Made by a program: the position numbers and the translations under genes
Source of the DNA: Staphylococcus phage Twort
Sequence record: NC_007021.1
Reading direction: 5' to 3' (one strand)
Length of the DNA: 64,000 nucleotides
Notes under the pieces: model-generated
Told to the model about the DNA's origin: nothing
The model's input: the letters and a program-made list of their open reading frames with translations, nothing else
Databases searched by the model: none
Shown: positions 54,275 through 63,917 of the stretch, one piece after another
Numbering within the stretch: the stretch's first letter is position 1
How the letters are laid out: each line of letters starts with the position of its first letter

Positions 54275-54464
54275 ATAAAATGTGACTTGGTGTTTCTAAG
54301 ATTTTTTCTAAATTAATTTTATTACCACTTCTAGGTGTCTTAAGTCCTTGTTCCCAGTAACTAATAGTAGAGTAATTCACACCTAATTCTTTAGCAAGAC
54401 TTCTTAAAGTATATCCTTTTTCAATTCTAATTCTTTGAAGTTTTAGCATTTGTTTTTCTTCCAT
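54252..54464 (-). CDS. XRE-family helix-turn-helix regulator
   Basis: LQRIRIEKGYTLRSLAKELGVNYSTISYWEQG. Confidence 0.7.
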   Translation of the reverse strand: MEEKQMLKLQRIRIEKGYTLRSLAKELGVNYSTISYWEQGLKTPRSGNKINLEKILETPSHILFEVDDNE

Positions 54465-54527
54465 AACTATAACCCTTCCTTTCTAAATATATAATTAGTA
54501 TACATTATTTTAATAGGTATGTCAACA

Positions 54528-54806
54528 CTATTCTTCTCTAATATTTACAAATTTAAGGTTATCTTTATAGGCAATTTTAGAAAATACATGTTCATCTGCC
54601 TTATGTTTAGCTCTAACCTTGTTAAGTTCTATAACCCTAATATAGAATGTTTCTTCTTTTCCTGTTGTGCTAGTATACTTATATGTTACTTTATATACTG
54701 AATTATTTTTACCTAATACCTTTTTATTAAACCATTTTTTAAATTTATTCATATCATCACTCCTATAAGTAATTATACCATAACAAAAAGGAGATGTCAA
54801 CAACAT
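54528..54806 (-). CDS. hypothetical protein (92 aa)
   Basis: ORF. Confidence 0.45.
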   Translation of the reverse strand: MLLTSPFCYGIITYRSDDMNKFKKWFNKKVLGKNNSVYKVTYKYTSTTGKEETFYIRVIELNKVRAKHKADEHVFSKIAYKDNLKFVNIREE

Positions 54807-54873
54807 CTTTTTATCTTTTTTTTGTGTTTTATTAAATACGTACTTGACAATATAAAGAATACATTATACTATT

Positions 54874-55422
54874 ATGTTAAGGAGGAGTAAAACAATGAAC
54901 TACAAATATTTAATTAAGTTAGTAGAAAAAGGAATTGCTAAAGAGATAGAAGGGGATGGTTACAAGAATTATTATGTTACAAAAAATGGGCGTGTTTATA
55001 GTTGCTCAAAGAAAAAGGGAAATAGCAAAGTAACAAAATTAACACCTCAAAAAAATAATAAAGGTTACTTGCGTATCCAAATTAATGGTAGAAGTAAACT
55101 TTTACATAGGTTAGTTGCTTTGTATTTTGTACCTAATATTAATAATTACGAAACAGTAGACCATATTGATGGTAATAAATTAAATAACAATCATACAAAT
55201 TTACAATGGTGTACTAATTTAGAAAACATGAGGAATGCTAGAAAAAATGGACTATTTAAAGATACCCCATTAAGAAAATTAAGTAATAAAGAAGTAGTAG
55301 ATATAAGGCATAGGTACAAAAATGAGGACATCACTCACCATGAACTTGCTGATGAGTATAATGTAAGCAGAGCAACAATAGGTGCAATAATTAGGAGACA
55401 ATTATATAAAAATATACAATAA
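54874..55422 (+). CDS. free-standing HNH homing endonuclease with C-terminal HTH, opposite strand to neighbours
   Basis: GYLRIQINGRSKLLHRLVALYFVPN...ETVDHIDGNKLNNNHTNLQW HNH_3-type motif; C-terminal RATIGAIIRRQ HTH. Confidence 0.7.
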   Translation: MLRRSKTMNYKYLIKLVEKGIAKEIEGDGYKNYYVTKNGRVYSCSKKKGNSKVTKLTPQKNNKGYLRIQINGRSKLLHRLVALYFVPNINNYETVDHIDGNKLNNNHTNLQWCTNLENMRNARKNGLFKDTPLRKLSNKEVVDIRHRYKNEDITHHELADEYNVSRATIGAIIRRQLYKNIQ

Positions 55423-55449
55423 AAAGAAGGCAATTATGCCTTCTTTTTA

Positions 55450-56856
55450 TTAATATATATCTCCCCATAGCTGACCCATAATGTCTGTGTTTTTATCCCA
55501 TGTTCTTACAGGCATCCAAACATCTTGACCTCCATTAGTAGTCCAACTAATCCATACATAACCATCTTGCTTACAAACCGTATCATAAGTTACAGATTGA
55601 CCATAATATAGTACTCCTGCTTGAGGACACGTAGTAAAAGGTCCAGTATATCGTGTAACGATACCTTGACGTGCTGTACACTTAAACGTAGCGCTCTCGG
55701 ATTTATAGTAAGTACCATAATTATTAACGTTCCATCCACTTGTACTTGACTGCTTAACTGGTTTTGTTTTGGCTTTTTGATTTACTACTGTTGGTACTGG
55801 TGTTTTACCTTCATAATACATTTTAATTTGTTTAATAAAATATTCTTTAAGTTTTTCTATATCAGCCTGAGTGATAGAAGTTTTAGTAGGGTCTTTACCT
55901 ACATGCAACTTCATAGAGCGATGAGGACATGCAGTTTGGTAATATTCCATATGTAGTCGTACTGTATTTTTATCTGGCTTTAGTCCCCATTTTTTAAGCA
56001 TACGTGATGCCTCATAAAACGCTGTTTGTTCATTTTTAAGAAATTGCTCATCAGATGCAGTCATTGATTGGCATATTTCAATACCATAAAGGTTTTTATT
56101 TCCCCACTGATTAGCACAATGCCAAGCTATACGACTTTCTCCTAAGGCTTGCCATACTTGACCTTCAGAAATATATGAGTGAGCTATACCTTGAGCCCAT
56201 CGGTTATATCCCGCATTTTGCAAATTATTTTTATACTGTAATCCTGTCATACTTCCAGCATCGTTGTGTAAAATTACACCTACAGGATTATATCCTCGTT
56301 TAACCATATTGTAATTAATATTAGTTCTATCATATACAATTTTATCTTTATTTATTCCATCTCTATTTGATGGTTTTGGTTTTTTCTTTGTATCTTTCTT
56401 TTTTACACTTGATTCAGTAGCAAAGTTAGGTCTAATAAAATGTGTAATTCCTGTGTAATCGTGTGTTCTGATTGTAGCTAACTCGGTTTTATAAATCCCG
56501 TTACCGTTCCAGTTTTGTTCAAGAACTGTAACATATTGAAGGTCTCCATAAGGGTCAGGGTTAGTAACTATTGCGATATGACCATAAGTTGCAAAATTAC
56601 CAGTAGTCCATACGACTACATCACCGTACTTAGGTCTAAAAGCAGGGTAGTTTTTATATACCGTAGCAGTACCACCAAAAGAGTTATTTATCGCATCCTT
56701 AGCATTACCCCACATTCTTATTTTACCATCTGTTACATGGTAAATATAATCTACTGCTAAGTCCATACACTGATACCCATATAAACCATCAAAATCAGTT
56801 CCTGTATTTACTTTACTCTTAATGTAGGACTCTGCTTGTTTCAGGGTTTTCATCAA
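55450..56856 (-). CDS. endolysin: CHAP peptidase + amidase_2 + SH3b-like wall-binding domain
   Basis: CHAP: YGYQCMDLAVDY...GHIAIV; amidase_2: GVILHNDAG...; C-terminal SH3_5-like W-rich segment; architecture of LysK/PlyTW-type staphylococcal myovirus lysins. Confidence 0.85.
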   Translation of the reverse strand: MMKTLKQAESYIKSKVNTGTDFDGLYGYQCMDLAVDYIYHVTDGKIRMWGNAKDAINNSFGGTATVYKNYPAFRPKYGDVVVWTTGNFATYGHIAIVTNPDPYGDLQYVTVLEQNWNGNGIYKTELATIRTHDYTGITHFIRPNFATESSVKKKDTKKKPKPSNRDGINKDKIVYDRTNINYNMVKRGYNPVGVILHNDAGSMTGLQYKNNLQNAGYNRWAQGIAHSYISEGQVWQALGESRIAWHCANQWGNKNLYGIEICQSMTASDEQFLKNEQTAFYEASRMLKKWGLKPDKNTVRLHMEYYQTACPHRSMKLHVGKDPTKTSITQADIEKLKEYFIKQIKMYYEGKTPVPTVVNQKAKTKPVKQSSTSGWNVNNYGTYYKSESATFKCTARQGIVTRYTGPFTTCPQAGVLYYGQSVTYDTVCKQDGYVWISWTTNGGQDVWMPVRTWDKNTDIMGQLWGDIY

Positions 56857-57376
56857 TAACTCCCTCCTCTTTAGTGTCTATATTTTTAGTCGTATCTACT
56901 GTCTCATCCCAGTTGACACCATAAGGTTTAGCTTGGTCTTTAAAAGGCTCTTCGTCCGCATCATATACATGAGGGTCTACATCTGAAAAGTCTTCATCAG
57001 TACCATATTCCTTAGGAGTTTTAGTATTGTCAACCACATTGTCCTCAACTTTATTATGTTCCCAAGTCAATGCTTTTTCTGGGTCTTTAGAATCACGTGG
57101 TTCATGGTAATCTGTTTGAACAATAACACTATCTTTAATACCTTTAGTATTGTTATCTACTAAAATACCTAAACCTGCAAGCAGTGTTAAGATAGAACCA
57201 ACAATATTAACACCTTGCTCTACTTGACTAGAATAGTCTAAACCAAAAGCACCTGTTAATTGATTGGTAAATACTGCTAGTGCAGATACAGTAGCTACCC
57301 AAAACGTTTTACTTTTAAAACGGGTACTTAAGTTAATTCCACCAACAACTGTAGGTGTTTTATCTTTTTTATCCAA
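56819..57376 (-). CDS. holin (two TM, acidic C-terminal tail)
   Basis: TMs FWVATVSALAVF and IVGSILTLLAGLGILV, highly acidic tail; directly upstream of and overlapping the lysin. Confidence 0.7.
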   Translation of the reverse strand: MDKKDKTPTVVGGINLSTRFKSKTFWVATVSALAVFTNQLTGAFGLDYSSQVEQGVNIVGSILTLLAGLGILVDNNTKGIKDSVIVQTDYHEPRDSKDPEKALTWEHNKVEDNVVDNTKTPKEYGTDEDFSDVDPHVYDADEEPFKDQAKPYGVNWDETVDTTKNIDTKEEGVIDENPETSRVLH

Positions 57377-57455
57377 AATAAAAAACGCCCTTTCTTGTTA
57401 TATTTTTTACATTTCTAATATAACAAGATTAGACGTTTTAATTATATATTAAAGT

Positions 57456-57629
57456 TCTTTTAATGTATTAATAACTTGAGACATTTGTTTATTATCTAGG
57501 TCTTCTAGTTTTGTTTCTGGTAATAGTTCTAGCTTTTCCCATAATTCTTCTTTAGTAGATAGCTTATCTTCTAGTAATGCTTTACCTACTAAACTTTGAG
57601 TAAAATAAATTTGTTTTTGACTAGCCATA
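57456..57629 (-). CDS. small protein (~57 aa), not in ORF track
   Basis: Minus-strand ORF MASQKQIYFTQSLVGKALLEDK... Confidence 0.3.
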
Positions 57630-57752
57630 AATAATCATTTCCTTTTTATTAAAATATAGTCATTGCGTACTATCATAAAATCAGGAGGGTTTTAATGAAA
57701 GAAAGGAGAAATATATGAAAAAATTCTTCCGCAATGACTATAATATTGTAAG

Positions 57753-58288
57753 TTAATACAATTAAATATCATAACATAGCCGTTCTCACACGGAACTATG
57801 TATAAAGAAATATTGTTAGGTTACCTAGTTCTAGTAAGTTCTATACGGGAGCGACCTCGTAGTCCACTTACAGAAGCATAAGCAATATAGGGGTAGGGTC
57901 TATTACCTACCAACGTTCACACGGTACGAAGAATTAGCCTAACCAAATGTATATATAATATTGATTGTTTATCTTTATTGTAGATTTGTGCTACTTGTAC
58001 TGGTATCATTCATTATCAAACATGTTTCCATGCTCCAACTACAAAAGTGCTTTAGTAGTGTACTTATATAGGAAACCACTAAATTCCCATATAAGGATTA
58101 CACCTGACGGATACCATACCTTATATCCCTTTATACATAGAGCTGAACAATCCACCTCGTATTCAATAATACTCAAAGGGTATTTCCTAAGTTCTCACGT
58201 AGGTTTAATACCCTGTGACATTTTCACACTTTACAGCCACCACACTGTTAAACTTCAGTCACTATGTTATGATATTTAATTGTATTAA
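57753..58288. repeat. 27-bp perfect inverted repeat flanking a ~480-bp GC-elevated non-coding element
   Basis: ttaatacaattaaatatcataacatag at 57753-57779; exact reverse complement at 58262-58288. Confidence 0.8.
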
Positions 58289-58577
58289 GTTGTAAGTATA
58301 ATATAACACACTTCTAAAACTCAGTCAAGAAAAATCAAAAACTTTTTATAATTTTTTTATACTAGGGTAAAAAAGTAGTAAAAAGACCTAGTTGTGTAAG
58401 GGGTCATTTATTTATATATATATATATATAAAGTATAACATAAATAAAATCCTGTGTCAAGTTAATTTAATAATTTTTTTGAATTTATTAAATTTTGTTT
58501 TTCTAGTTTGTAAGGGTAACCACATTTGTGATGTCCTTATTTCTTATTTTAACTTAAATAGGTAAAGTCAGAACTTT

Positions 58578-58802
58578 CTACTTATTTTGTAATTCTTCTT
58601 GAAGTGAGTCCCAATATTTTTCAGCATCACTTCTATTATCCTCTACATGAGCAGTGATTTTATTACATTTGACACAATGCATATGTTTAATATGCCCTTC
58701 TTCTCTTCTTTTTGCTCTTTTTCTTGGTAATTTAAAACTTGAACCACATTCTTCACATACTAAATTTGAGATTACATAAACTTGCTTTTTCATTTTTATC
58801 AA
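58578..58802 (-). CDS. zinc-ribbon protein (two CxxC pairs)
   Basis: CEECGS...CVKCNK. Confidence 0.5.
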   Translation of the reverse strand: MIKMKKQVYVISNLVCEECGSSFKLPRKRAKRREEGHIKHMHCVKCNKITAHVEDNRSDAEKYWDSLQEELQNK

Positions 58803-58928
58803 TTCCTTTTCTATTTATTTGTTAACCTTAGTTTATCTTACCTAGTTCTGAAAGTCAATACTTTTTGATAAATTTCTGTTATACTTTTTGATAAATCCTT
58901 TAATACCAAGGGTTACAATAAGAAAAAA

Positions 58929-59051
58929 ACATGTTTGGAAAATAAGAACCTCTCTTAATATATATATATAACTAATACTAATACTAATAATAATAATACT
59001 AATACTAATACTAATATATATAAGGGGAACCTTAATTTTCCAAACATGTTA
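58929..59051. repeat. (CTAATA)n microsatellite embedded in an imperfect long hairpin with 15-bp perfect outer inverted repeats
   Basis: aacatgtttggaaaa at 58929-58943 and ttttccaaacatgtt at 59037-59051; central ctaatactaatactaataataataatactaatactaatactaat. Confidence 0.8.
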
Positions 59052-59099
59052 AAAAATAGCTGTAACCATTGATACTAAAGGGTTTAGTAAAAATTACAT

Positions 59100-59128
59100 A
59101 TAAAAAAGACTAACTTTTCAGCTAGTCT
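59100..59128 (-). terminator. rho-independent terminator (minus strand)
   Basis: agacta-acttttcagc-tagtct with T-run on minus. Confidence 0.6.
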
Positions 59129-59331
59129 TAATAAAACAATTTGAAACTTTCAATTCTATTTGGATTTATATAAATTCTACCAGATGTTAAACTATTTTCA
59201 GTATAAACTTTAAATAACCTTGCACTAGACATATATGCATTTAAATCAGTATCATAAACTGGGTTATCTTCAGTACCAATTAAAAAATACTTTTTACCAC
59301 TTGCCATTGTTATTTCAACATACTTAATCAA
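59128..59331 (-). CDS. hypothetical protein (67 aa)
   Basis: ORF with RBS ggagga. Confidence 0.45.
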   Translation of the reverse strand: MIKYVEITMASGKKYFLIGTEDNPVYDTDLNAYMSSARLFKVYTENSLTSGRIYINPNRIESFKLFY

Positions 59332-59349
59332 TATGTATTCCTCCTAAAC

Positions 59350-59682
59350 CTAAGTAAACTTATTAAATACAAAAGATACAATAGCACCAAGTACAAGTAA
59401 CAACACTTTCTCAACTCTTTCACTTTTCTTATCATCTTTGTCTTTTGTACTTTCAGCTAACTCTTTTACTTTTTCATCTAATGATTCTAACTGTATATAA
59501 ATAGGTGTCTGTCTTTCAACATTAACTGCTAAGTCTTTATCTAGAGTAGCAACTATACTCTTCAATTCATCAACTTCATCTTCTAACTTCTTAAATGTAT
59601 CACTGTCAATATACCCTTTTTCTTGTATTGTATTGCTTATTGATTCAACTTTTTTAAATAGTTCATCTACATTATTTGTCAA
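59350..59682 (-). CDS. C-terminally membrane-anchored coiled-coil protein
   Basis: C-terminal TM VLLLVLGAIVSFVF. Confidence 0.5.
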   Translation of the reverse strand: MTNNVDELFKKVESISNTIQEKGYIDSDTFKKLEDEVDELKSIVATLDKDLAVNVERQTPIYIQLESLDEKVKELAESTKDKDDKKSERVEKVLLLVLGAIVSFVFNKFT

Positions 59683-59695
59683 TGTAAATCACCAC

Positions 59696-60016
59696 TTAAT
59701 GGTAGGCCGACTCAGAATATACATCAAAGTTATCTATAAACTTATCAATAATCTGGGTATAATTTTTAGTAATAATCTTTCCATACGAAGTTTTTATGTC
59801 AATCTCGAAATCTATAGCACCAAACTCTTGAAGGTCTATACGGCACTTAACTTTACTAGGGTCATTACATGGTAAGTAAGAGTAATCAAAAGATATAATA
59901 GAACCATTAGTCAAAAGTCTGTTTATTCTATACATGTGAAAAGTATCCCTATCTCTTTTAAAGTGAGTTAAGGCATCTTTAAATTCAACTTTTAGAATAT
60001 CTTTATGCTTAGTCAA
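59696..60016 (-). CDS. hypothetical protein (106 aa)
   Basis: ORF with RBS aggagg. Confidence 0.5.
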   Translation of the reverse strand: MTKHKDILKVEFKDALTHFKRDRDTFHMYRINRLLTNGSIISFDYSYLPCNDPSKVKCRIDLQEFGAIDFEIDIKTSYGKIITKNYTQIIDKFIDNFDVYSESAYH

Positions 60017-60081
60017 TTTTATACCGAACCTCCTTTATTTTTTTAATAAAAAACTTGCATACATTAAGGATTTATGGTATA

Positions 60082-60366
60082 CTATTTAGTGAGTAAAGTA
60101 GCCACCACTACTATTAATGTATAAAGAAAAACACCTATAAAATTCCCTAAATAAAAAATATAGATACCTAAAATTAAAATACAATACATAGCAAAAATAA
60201 TAAGTACTTGATACCTAATACCTAAACTATATATAATATTATTAATTAACTTTTGAGTAACTATACTTACACCAACTAGTATAATACTGAAAGCTACCAG
60301 TACGATACATATTTCAATTATAGTTACCAACATATTGTCACCTATTACTTCATGAATATCATTCAA
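60082..60366 (-). CDS. small membrane protein (3 TM)
   Basis: hydrophobic ORF. Confidence 0.5.
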   Translation of the reverse strand: MNDIHEVIGDNMLVTIIEICIVLVAFSIILVGVSIVTQKLINNIIYSLGIRYQVLIIFAMYCILILGIYIFYLGNFIGVFLYTLIVVVATLLTK

Positions 60367-60452
60367 AACTTAATATAACATAGAATGACAACATTGTATT
60401 ATATTAATATAGTGAACAACTATGCCTTAAAGCAAGGGGTGGAGATAAAAGT

Positions 60453-60827
60453 TTGAAACGGAAACTAGAAAAGTTAGATAGTATTGTAAAACGTATACTA
60501 ATTTTAGTAATATCAACTTTAGTAATATTATCTATAGTCAATGTATTGTCACTTATATTCGAGATGAGACCTAATGTTGTAATGATTTACTTTATGTTTG
60601 GTGCTATAATATCTTACGTAGCTTTAACGTACTATGATAAGTTTATACAAAGAAAAGAAGACCCTTTACCAGATTATATATTAAAAGAAGTTCAAGTAAT
60701 TAAGAATGAGGTAGATGTTCTTCAGGAGATGTTATCAGAAGAGCAAGGAACTACAAAAGAAGAAGTAAAAGTAAGAGCAAAAGCAAGACGAAAGGTTAAC
60801 CATGAAAAAGCACGAAGTAAAAGATAA
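60453..60827 (+). CDS. membrane protein with basic C-terminus; first gene of rightward operon (TTG start)
   Basis: RBS ggtggag then TTG; two TM. Confidence 0.5.
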   Translation: MKRKLEKLDSIVKRILILVISTLVILSIVNVLSLIFEMRPNVVMIYFMFGAIISYVALTYYDKFIQRKEDPLPDYILKEVQVIKNEVDVLQEMLSEEQGTTKEEVKVRAKARRKVNHEKARSKR

Positions 60828-61080
60828 ACGTAGACTTGTTAAGAAGAATGGAACCAAAGTAACTGTTATTAATAAGAATGATAAGAGGATTACAAGCCCT
60901 AGTCGTATATGTTGTATATGCGGTGAACAATTGTCAAAAATAAATTATAGTAATGGTACTGTACTTGCAAAAGAAGACCACATACATATACAATACGGAA
61001 GTCTTGTATACTTAGATATGTGTAAGAACGTATCTAACTGCTATAAGAACCTTAAAGAAAGGGGTGAGCTTGATGAGTAG
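60802..61080 (+). CDS. hypothetical protein with Cys pairs (92 aa)
   Basis: CCICGE...C..C. Confidence 0.45.
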   Translation: MKKHEVKDKRRLVKKNGTKVTVINKNDKRITSPSRICCICGEQLSKINYSNGTVLAKEDHIHIQYGSLVYLDMCKNVSNCYKNLKERGELDE

Positions 61081-61486
61081 GGCAGGAAGATTACGTAGAC
61101 GAATGGAAAAGAAGAAAGTAGAACAAGAAGATAAGTCTAAGTACATTCAAGACGGATTTATGAATAGTATCCAAACTTTAATGTTTGATTTCCAAAATAA
61201 AGTTAATGCAGGTCAGGTAGAGATAAAAGACCCAAATGACTTATACAAACTATTTGTAATATATTCACAAATGCAACAGCTTGTAGGAGACCAAACTGAA
61301 GGTGGCGGTGTTTTACCACAACTATCAGGAAAGCAACAAAAAGTTTTCGATGAAATCATCACTGAAAACAGTGAAGATGGAGAAATAGATATGAAAAAGT
61401 TATCTGAGTTATCAGAAGATGACATTACTAATATGATTGCAGATAAAGAAAAAGCAATGAATAATGATAATTCAGAGACATTTTAG
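61064..61486 (+). CDS. hypothetical protein (140 aa), immediately upstream of terminase-like gene
   Basis: ORF with basic N-terminus and acidic C-terminus; small-terminase role is positional inference only. Confidence 0.45.
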   Translation: MSLMSRAGRLRRRMEKKKVEQEDKSKYIQDGFMNSIQTLMFDFQNKVNAGQVEIKDPNDLYKLFVIYSQMQQLVGDQTEGGGVLPQLSGKQQKVFDEIITENSEDGEIDMKKLSELSEDDITNMIADKEKAMNNDNSETF

Positions 61487-61491
61487 AAGGA

Positions 61492-61740
61492 GTGATATGT
61501 TTGGATGGTAAAGAGTTATTAAAGATTACTCAAGAAACATTTCAAACGGAACAAGTAACAAAAGAACAAGTAGACCATATTATTAATATGTTAAACCCAT
61601 CTACTTATATGCTGAAGTATCATACACTCCGTGGACATCCTATTACATTCTCTATTCCAAATAGAGATAGAAGTAAAGCGCAAGCGCATAGACCTTGGCA
61701 AGTCCGTAAACTACATATGCGGACTATAAACCTTTTCTAA
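61492..61740 (+). CDS. exon 1 of intron-interrupted terminase large subunit-like gene
   Basis: RPWQVRKLHM resembles conserved motif preceding Walker A in large terminases; ORF runs into group I intron-like sequence. Confidence 0.5.
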   Translation: MICLDGKELLKITQETFQTEQVTKEQVDHIINMLNPSTYMLKYHTLRGHPITFSIPNRDRSKAQAHRPWQVRKLHMRTINLF

Positions 61741-63284
61741 ACTTGGAAACTCCTAACGTAAAGACGAGGACAATCAAGTGCTAAATTCAGTTTAATACTG
61801 ATAAATGCCTAACGACTAAACTTACTGGTAAGCAATTAAATGGAATTGTGTAGAACAGTATAAGAGGGAAACCGTAACGAAAAGGGCTTTTACACCAAAA
61901 AGTAAAAGTATGAGATAGTCTAGTCCCCTAATAAATATCGGGAAACCGAGGGTAAAAAACGATAGTAAACGATACCCATCCTAACAAAGCAGTAATAAAG
62001 AGTAGACAGCTTGGATAAACTTTGTTCAAGTAAAACCTTGTTAAACGGGGAAACCCCTAACGTAAAGACGAGGGCAATCCCGTGCTAAGTGTTGACTTTA
62101 TATAAAATACATGTTATAATGTACTTGTAAGGTTAACTAAATGCCTAACGACTAAATTTCTAGGTAACTTACAAAAGGGTGTAAGTGAGAACTAGATAAG
62201 AAAACTATTAACGTAAATAAGAGGTTTACTATGAGAAAGAAGACGCATAAAGAATTTATTAAAGAAGTATATAACCTTGTAGGTACAGAATATACGATAC
62301 TAACTGAATATGAATTGTCTAGTAAAAAGTTACTAATAAGACATAATAAATGTAATACTGAGTATTGGGTGAGACCTAATCTATTTTTAAAAGGTAGAAG
62401 ATGTCCTAATTGTAATGGAAATAAAGCTAAGCATAAAACTACTACACAGTATAAAAAAGAAGTTTTTGATTTAGTAGGTGATGAATATACAGTACTTGAA
62501 GATTACATTAATAGAGCAACACCTATACTTATGAGACACAACAAGTGCGGTAGGGAATATAAAGTATCACCTGGTAATTTTTTGTACCGTTCTAGATGTA
62601 TAGAATGTTACTACCAAAGTAAAAGGTTAACACCTCAGGAAATAGATAGTAATATAAAAGAACATTTAGGGTCAAATTATAAGTTAGTATCAGATTATAA
62701 TGGAGCAGGTAATAAAGTAGAATTATTACATAAAGATTGTAACAAGACATTTGAGGTTAGATATACAGATATTATCCAACACCATTCAGGATGCCCTTAC
62801 TGTAAAAAGTCTCGTGGAGAGGAATATATTGAAACATACTTAAAGGAAAATAATATTAGGTATGAAGAGCAGAAGAAATTCGAAGGGTTAGTAAATATCT
62901 TTCAGTTGTCTTATGACTTTTATCTACCTGATTATAATATTTTAATAGAATACCAAGGAGAGCAACATTTTAAGCCAAAGACTTTTGGTGGTATATCTAA
63001 AGAGTTAGCACAAGATAGATTTAAGAGGCAACAAAATAATGATAACATTAAGAAGAAATTTGCTAAAGAGAATAATTATACCTTATGGGAACCTACTTAT
63101 AAAATAAATTCATATTCAAAAATGAAGTGTTATTTAGATGAAAAATTTTCGTTAATAGAAGTAAAGCAAGGCAATATATAAACCGTAATTAAAAATTATT
63201 TTTATATATTGAAGATATAGTCTAAACCGACTTTTAAATAAGTGTTAAAGTATTAGGAAACTAACGGTAGTAATTGTAAGTGAG
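61741..63284 (+). mobile_element. group I intron region (one or two tandem introns) carrying a homing-endonuclease ORF
   Basis: Structured non-coding blocks with duplicated elements GGAAAC(T/C)CCTAACGTAAAGACGAGG(A/G)CAATC..GTGCTAA (61749, 62052) and AATGCCTAACGACTAAA (61804, 62140); ORF 62231..63181 embedded; flanked by in-frame exon-like ORFs. Confidence 0.55.
62231..63181 (+). CDS. intron-encoded endonuclease: three Zn-ribbon DNA-binding repeats + C-terminal PD-(D/E)XK-like nuclease module
   Basis: Three repeats EY(T/K)(I/V)L..Y......L..RHNKC..EY.V.P..FL....C..C; C-terminal LSYDFYLPDYNILIEYQGEQHF. Confidence 0.55.
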   Translation: MRKKTHKEFIKEVYNLVGTEYTILTEYELSSKKLLIRHNKCNTEYWVRPNLFLKGRRCPNCNGNKAKHKTTTQYKKEVFDLVGDEYTVLEDYINRATPILMRHNKCGREYKVSPGNFLYRSRCIECYYQSKRLTPQEIDSNIKEHLGSNYKLVSDYNGAGNKVELLHKDCNKTFEVRYTDIIQHHSGCPYCKKSRGEEYIETYLKENNIRYEEQKKFEGLVNIFQLSYDFYLPDYNILIEYQGEQHFKPKTFGGISKELAQDRFKRQQNNDNIKKKFAKENNYTLWEPTYKINSYSKMKCYLDEKFSLIEVKQGNI

Positions 63285-63917
63285 ATGTCAGTAATGGAGA
63301 TGGTACATTTTGCGGATTTACATAGCTATGCCTCTGTAAAGTGTATGTACACATTTCATACCCAAGACCAAGTTAAGAAATTTGTACAATCAAGGTTAAA
63401 TCCAGTATTACAAAAACCCTATTTTAACTCTATTGTAGATTGGGAACAAGATTCACAAGGCTTTAAAAAACTAAGAAATTCTAGTATGTTCTTTAGAACT
63501 AGCAGTAAGCCAGGGGCTTTAGAAGGTGTTGACGTAGATTTTTTAGTTTTTGATGAATACGAACGTGTGCCTAAATTATCAGAGTCTTCTGGATTGGAGG
63601 CCATGTCTAGTTCCCCTTTTAAAGTAGTTCGTAGATTTTCTACACCTTCAGCACCTGGTATAGGAATACATAGATTATACCAACAATCTGACCAATGGTA
63701 TTATGCACATGTTTGTCAGCACTGTGGTCATGAAAATGAAATGAAGTATGCAGATTATGACCCAGATGACTTATCTAAAAGTGGAAATTTATTATGTGTA
63801 AACCCTGATGGGATAGACGAGATGGCAAAAACAGTACAAGATGGTACGTATCAATATGTGTGTCAAAAATGTGGAAAACCTTTAGATAGATGGTACAATG
63901 GTGTGTTAATTTTCTAG
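63285..63917 (+). CDS. downstream exon of terminase large subunit-like gene (Walker B, Zn-ribbon)
   Basis: GVDVDFLVFDEYERV Walker B-like; CQHCGH...CQKCGK; ORF end runs into another intron-like sequence at ~63918 that repeats AAAACCTTGTTAAACGGG. Confidence 0.5.
   Translation: MSVMEMVHFADLHSYASVKCMYTFHTQDQVKKFVQSRLNPVLQKPYFNSIVDWEQDSQGFKKLRNSSMFFRTSSKPGALEGVDVDFLVFDEYERVPKLSESSGLEAMSSSPFKVVRRFSTPSAPGIGIHRLYQQSDQWYYAHVCQHCGHENEMKYADYDPDDLSKSGNLLCVNPDGIDEMAKTVQDGTYQYVCQKCGKPLDRWYNGVLIF

Noticed and set aside
57965-58279. 104-aa ORF inside the element bounded by the 27-bp inverted repeat
   Set aside because: There is no Shine-Dalgarno and the composition is odd (Y/S/H/L-rich). It spans a region that looks like structured non-coding DNA. 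Kept only as part of the inverted-repeat element finding.
61064-61486. Calling 61064..61486 the small terminase subunit
   Set aside because: Only its position upstream of the terminase-like gene supports this. No recognisable terminase small-subunit motif could be read, so it is left as hypothetical.
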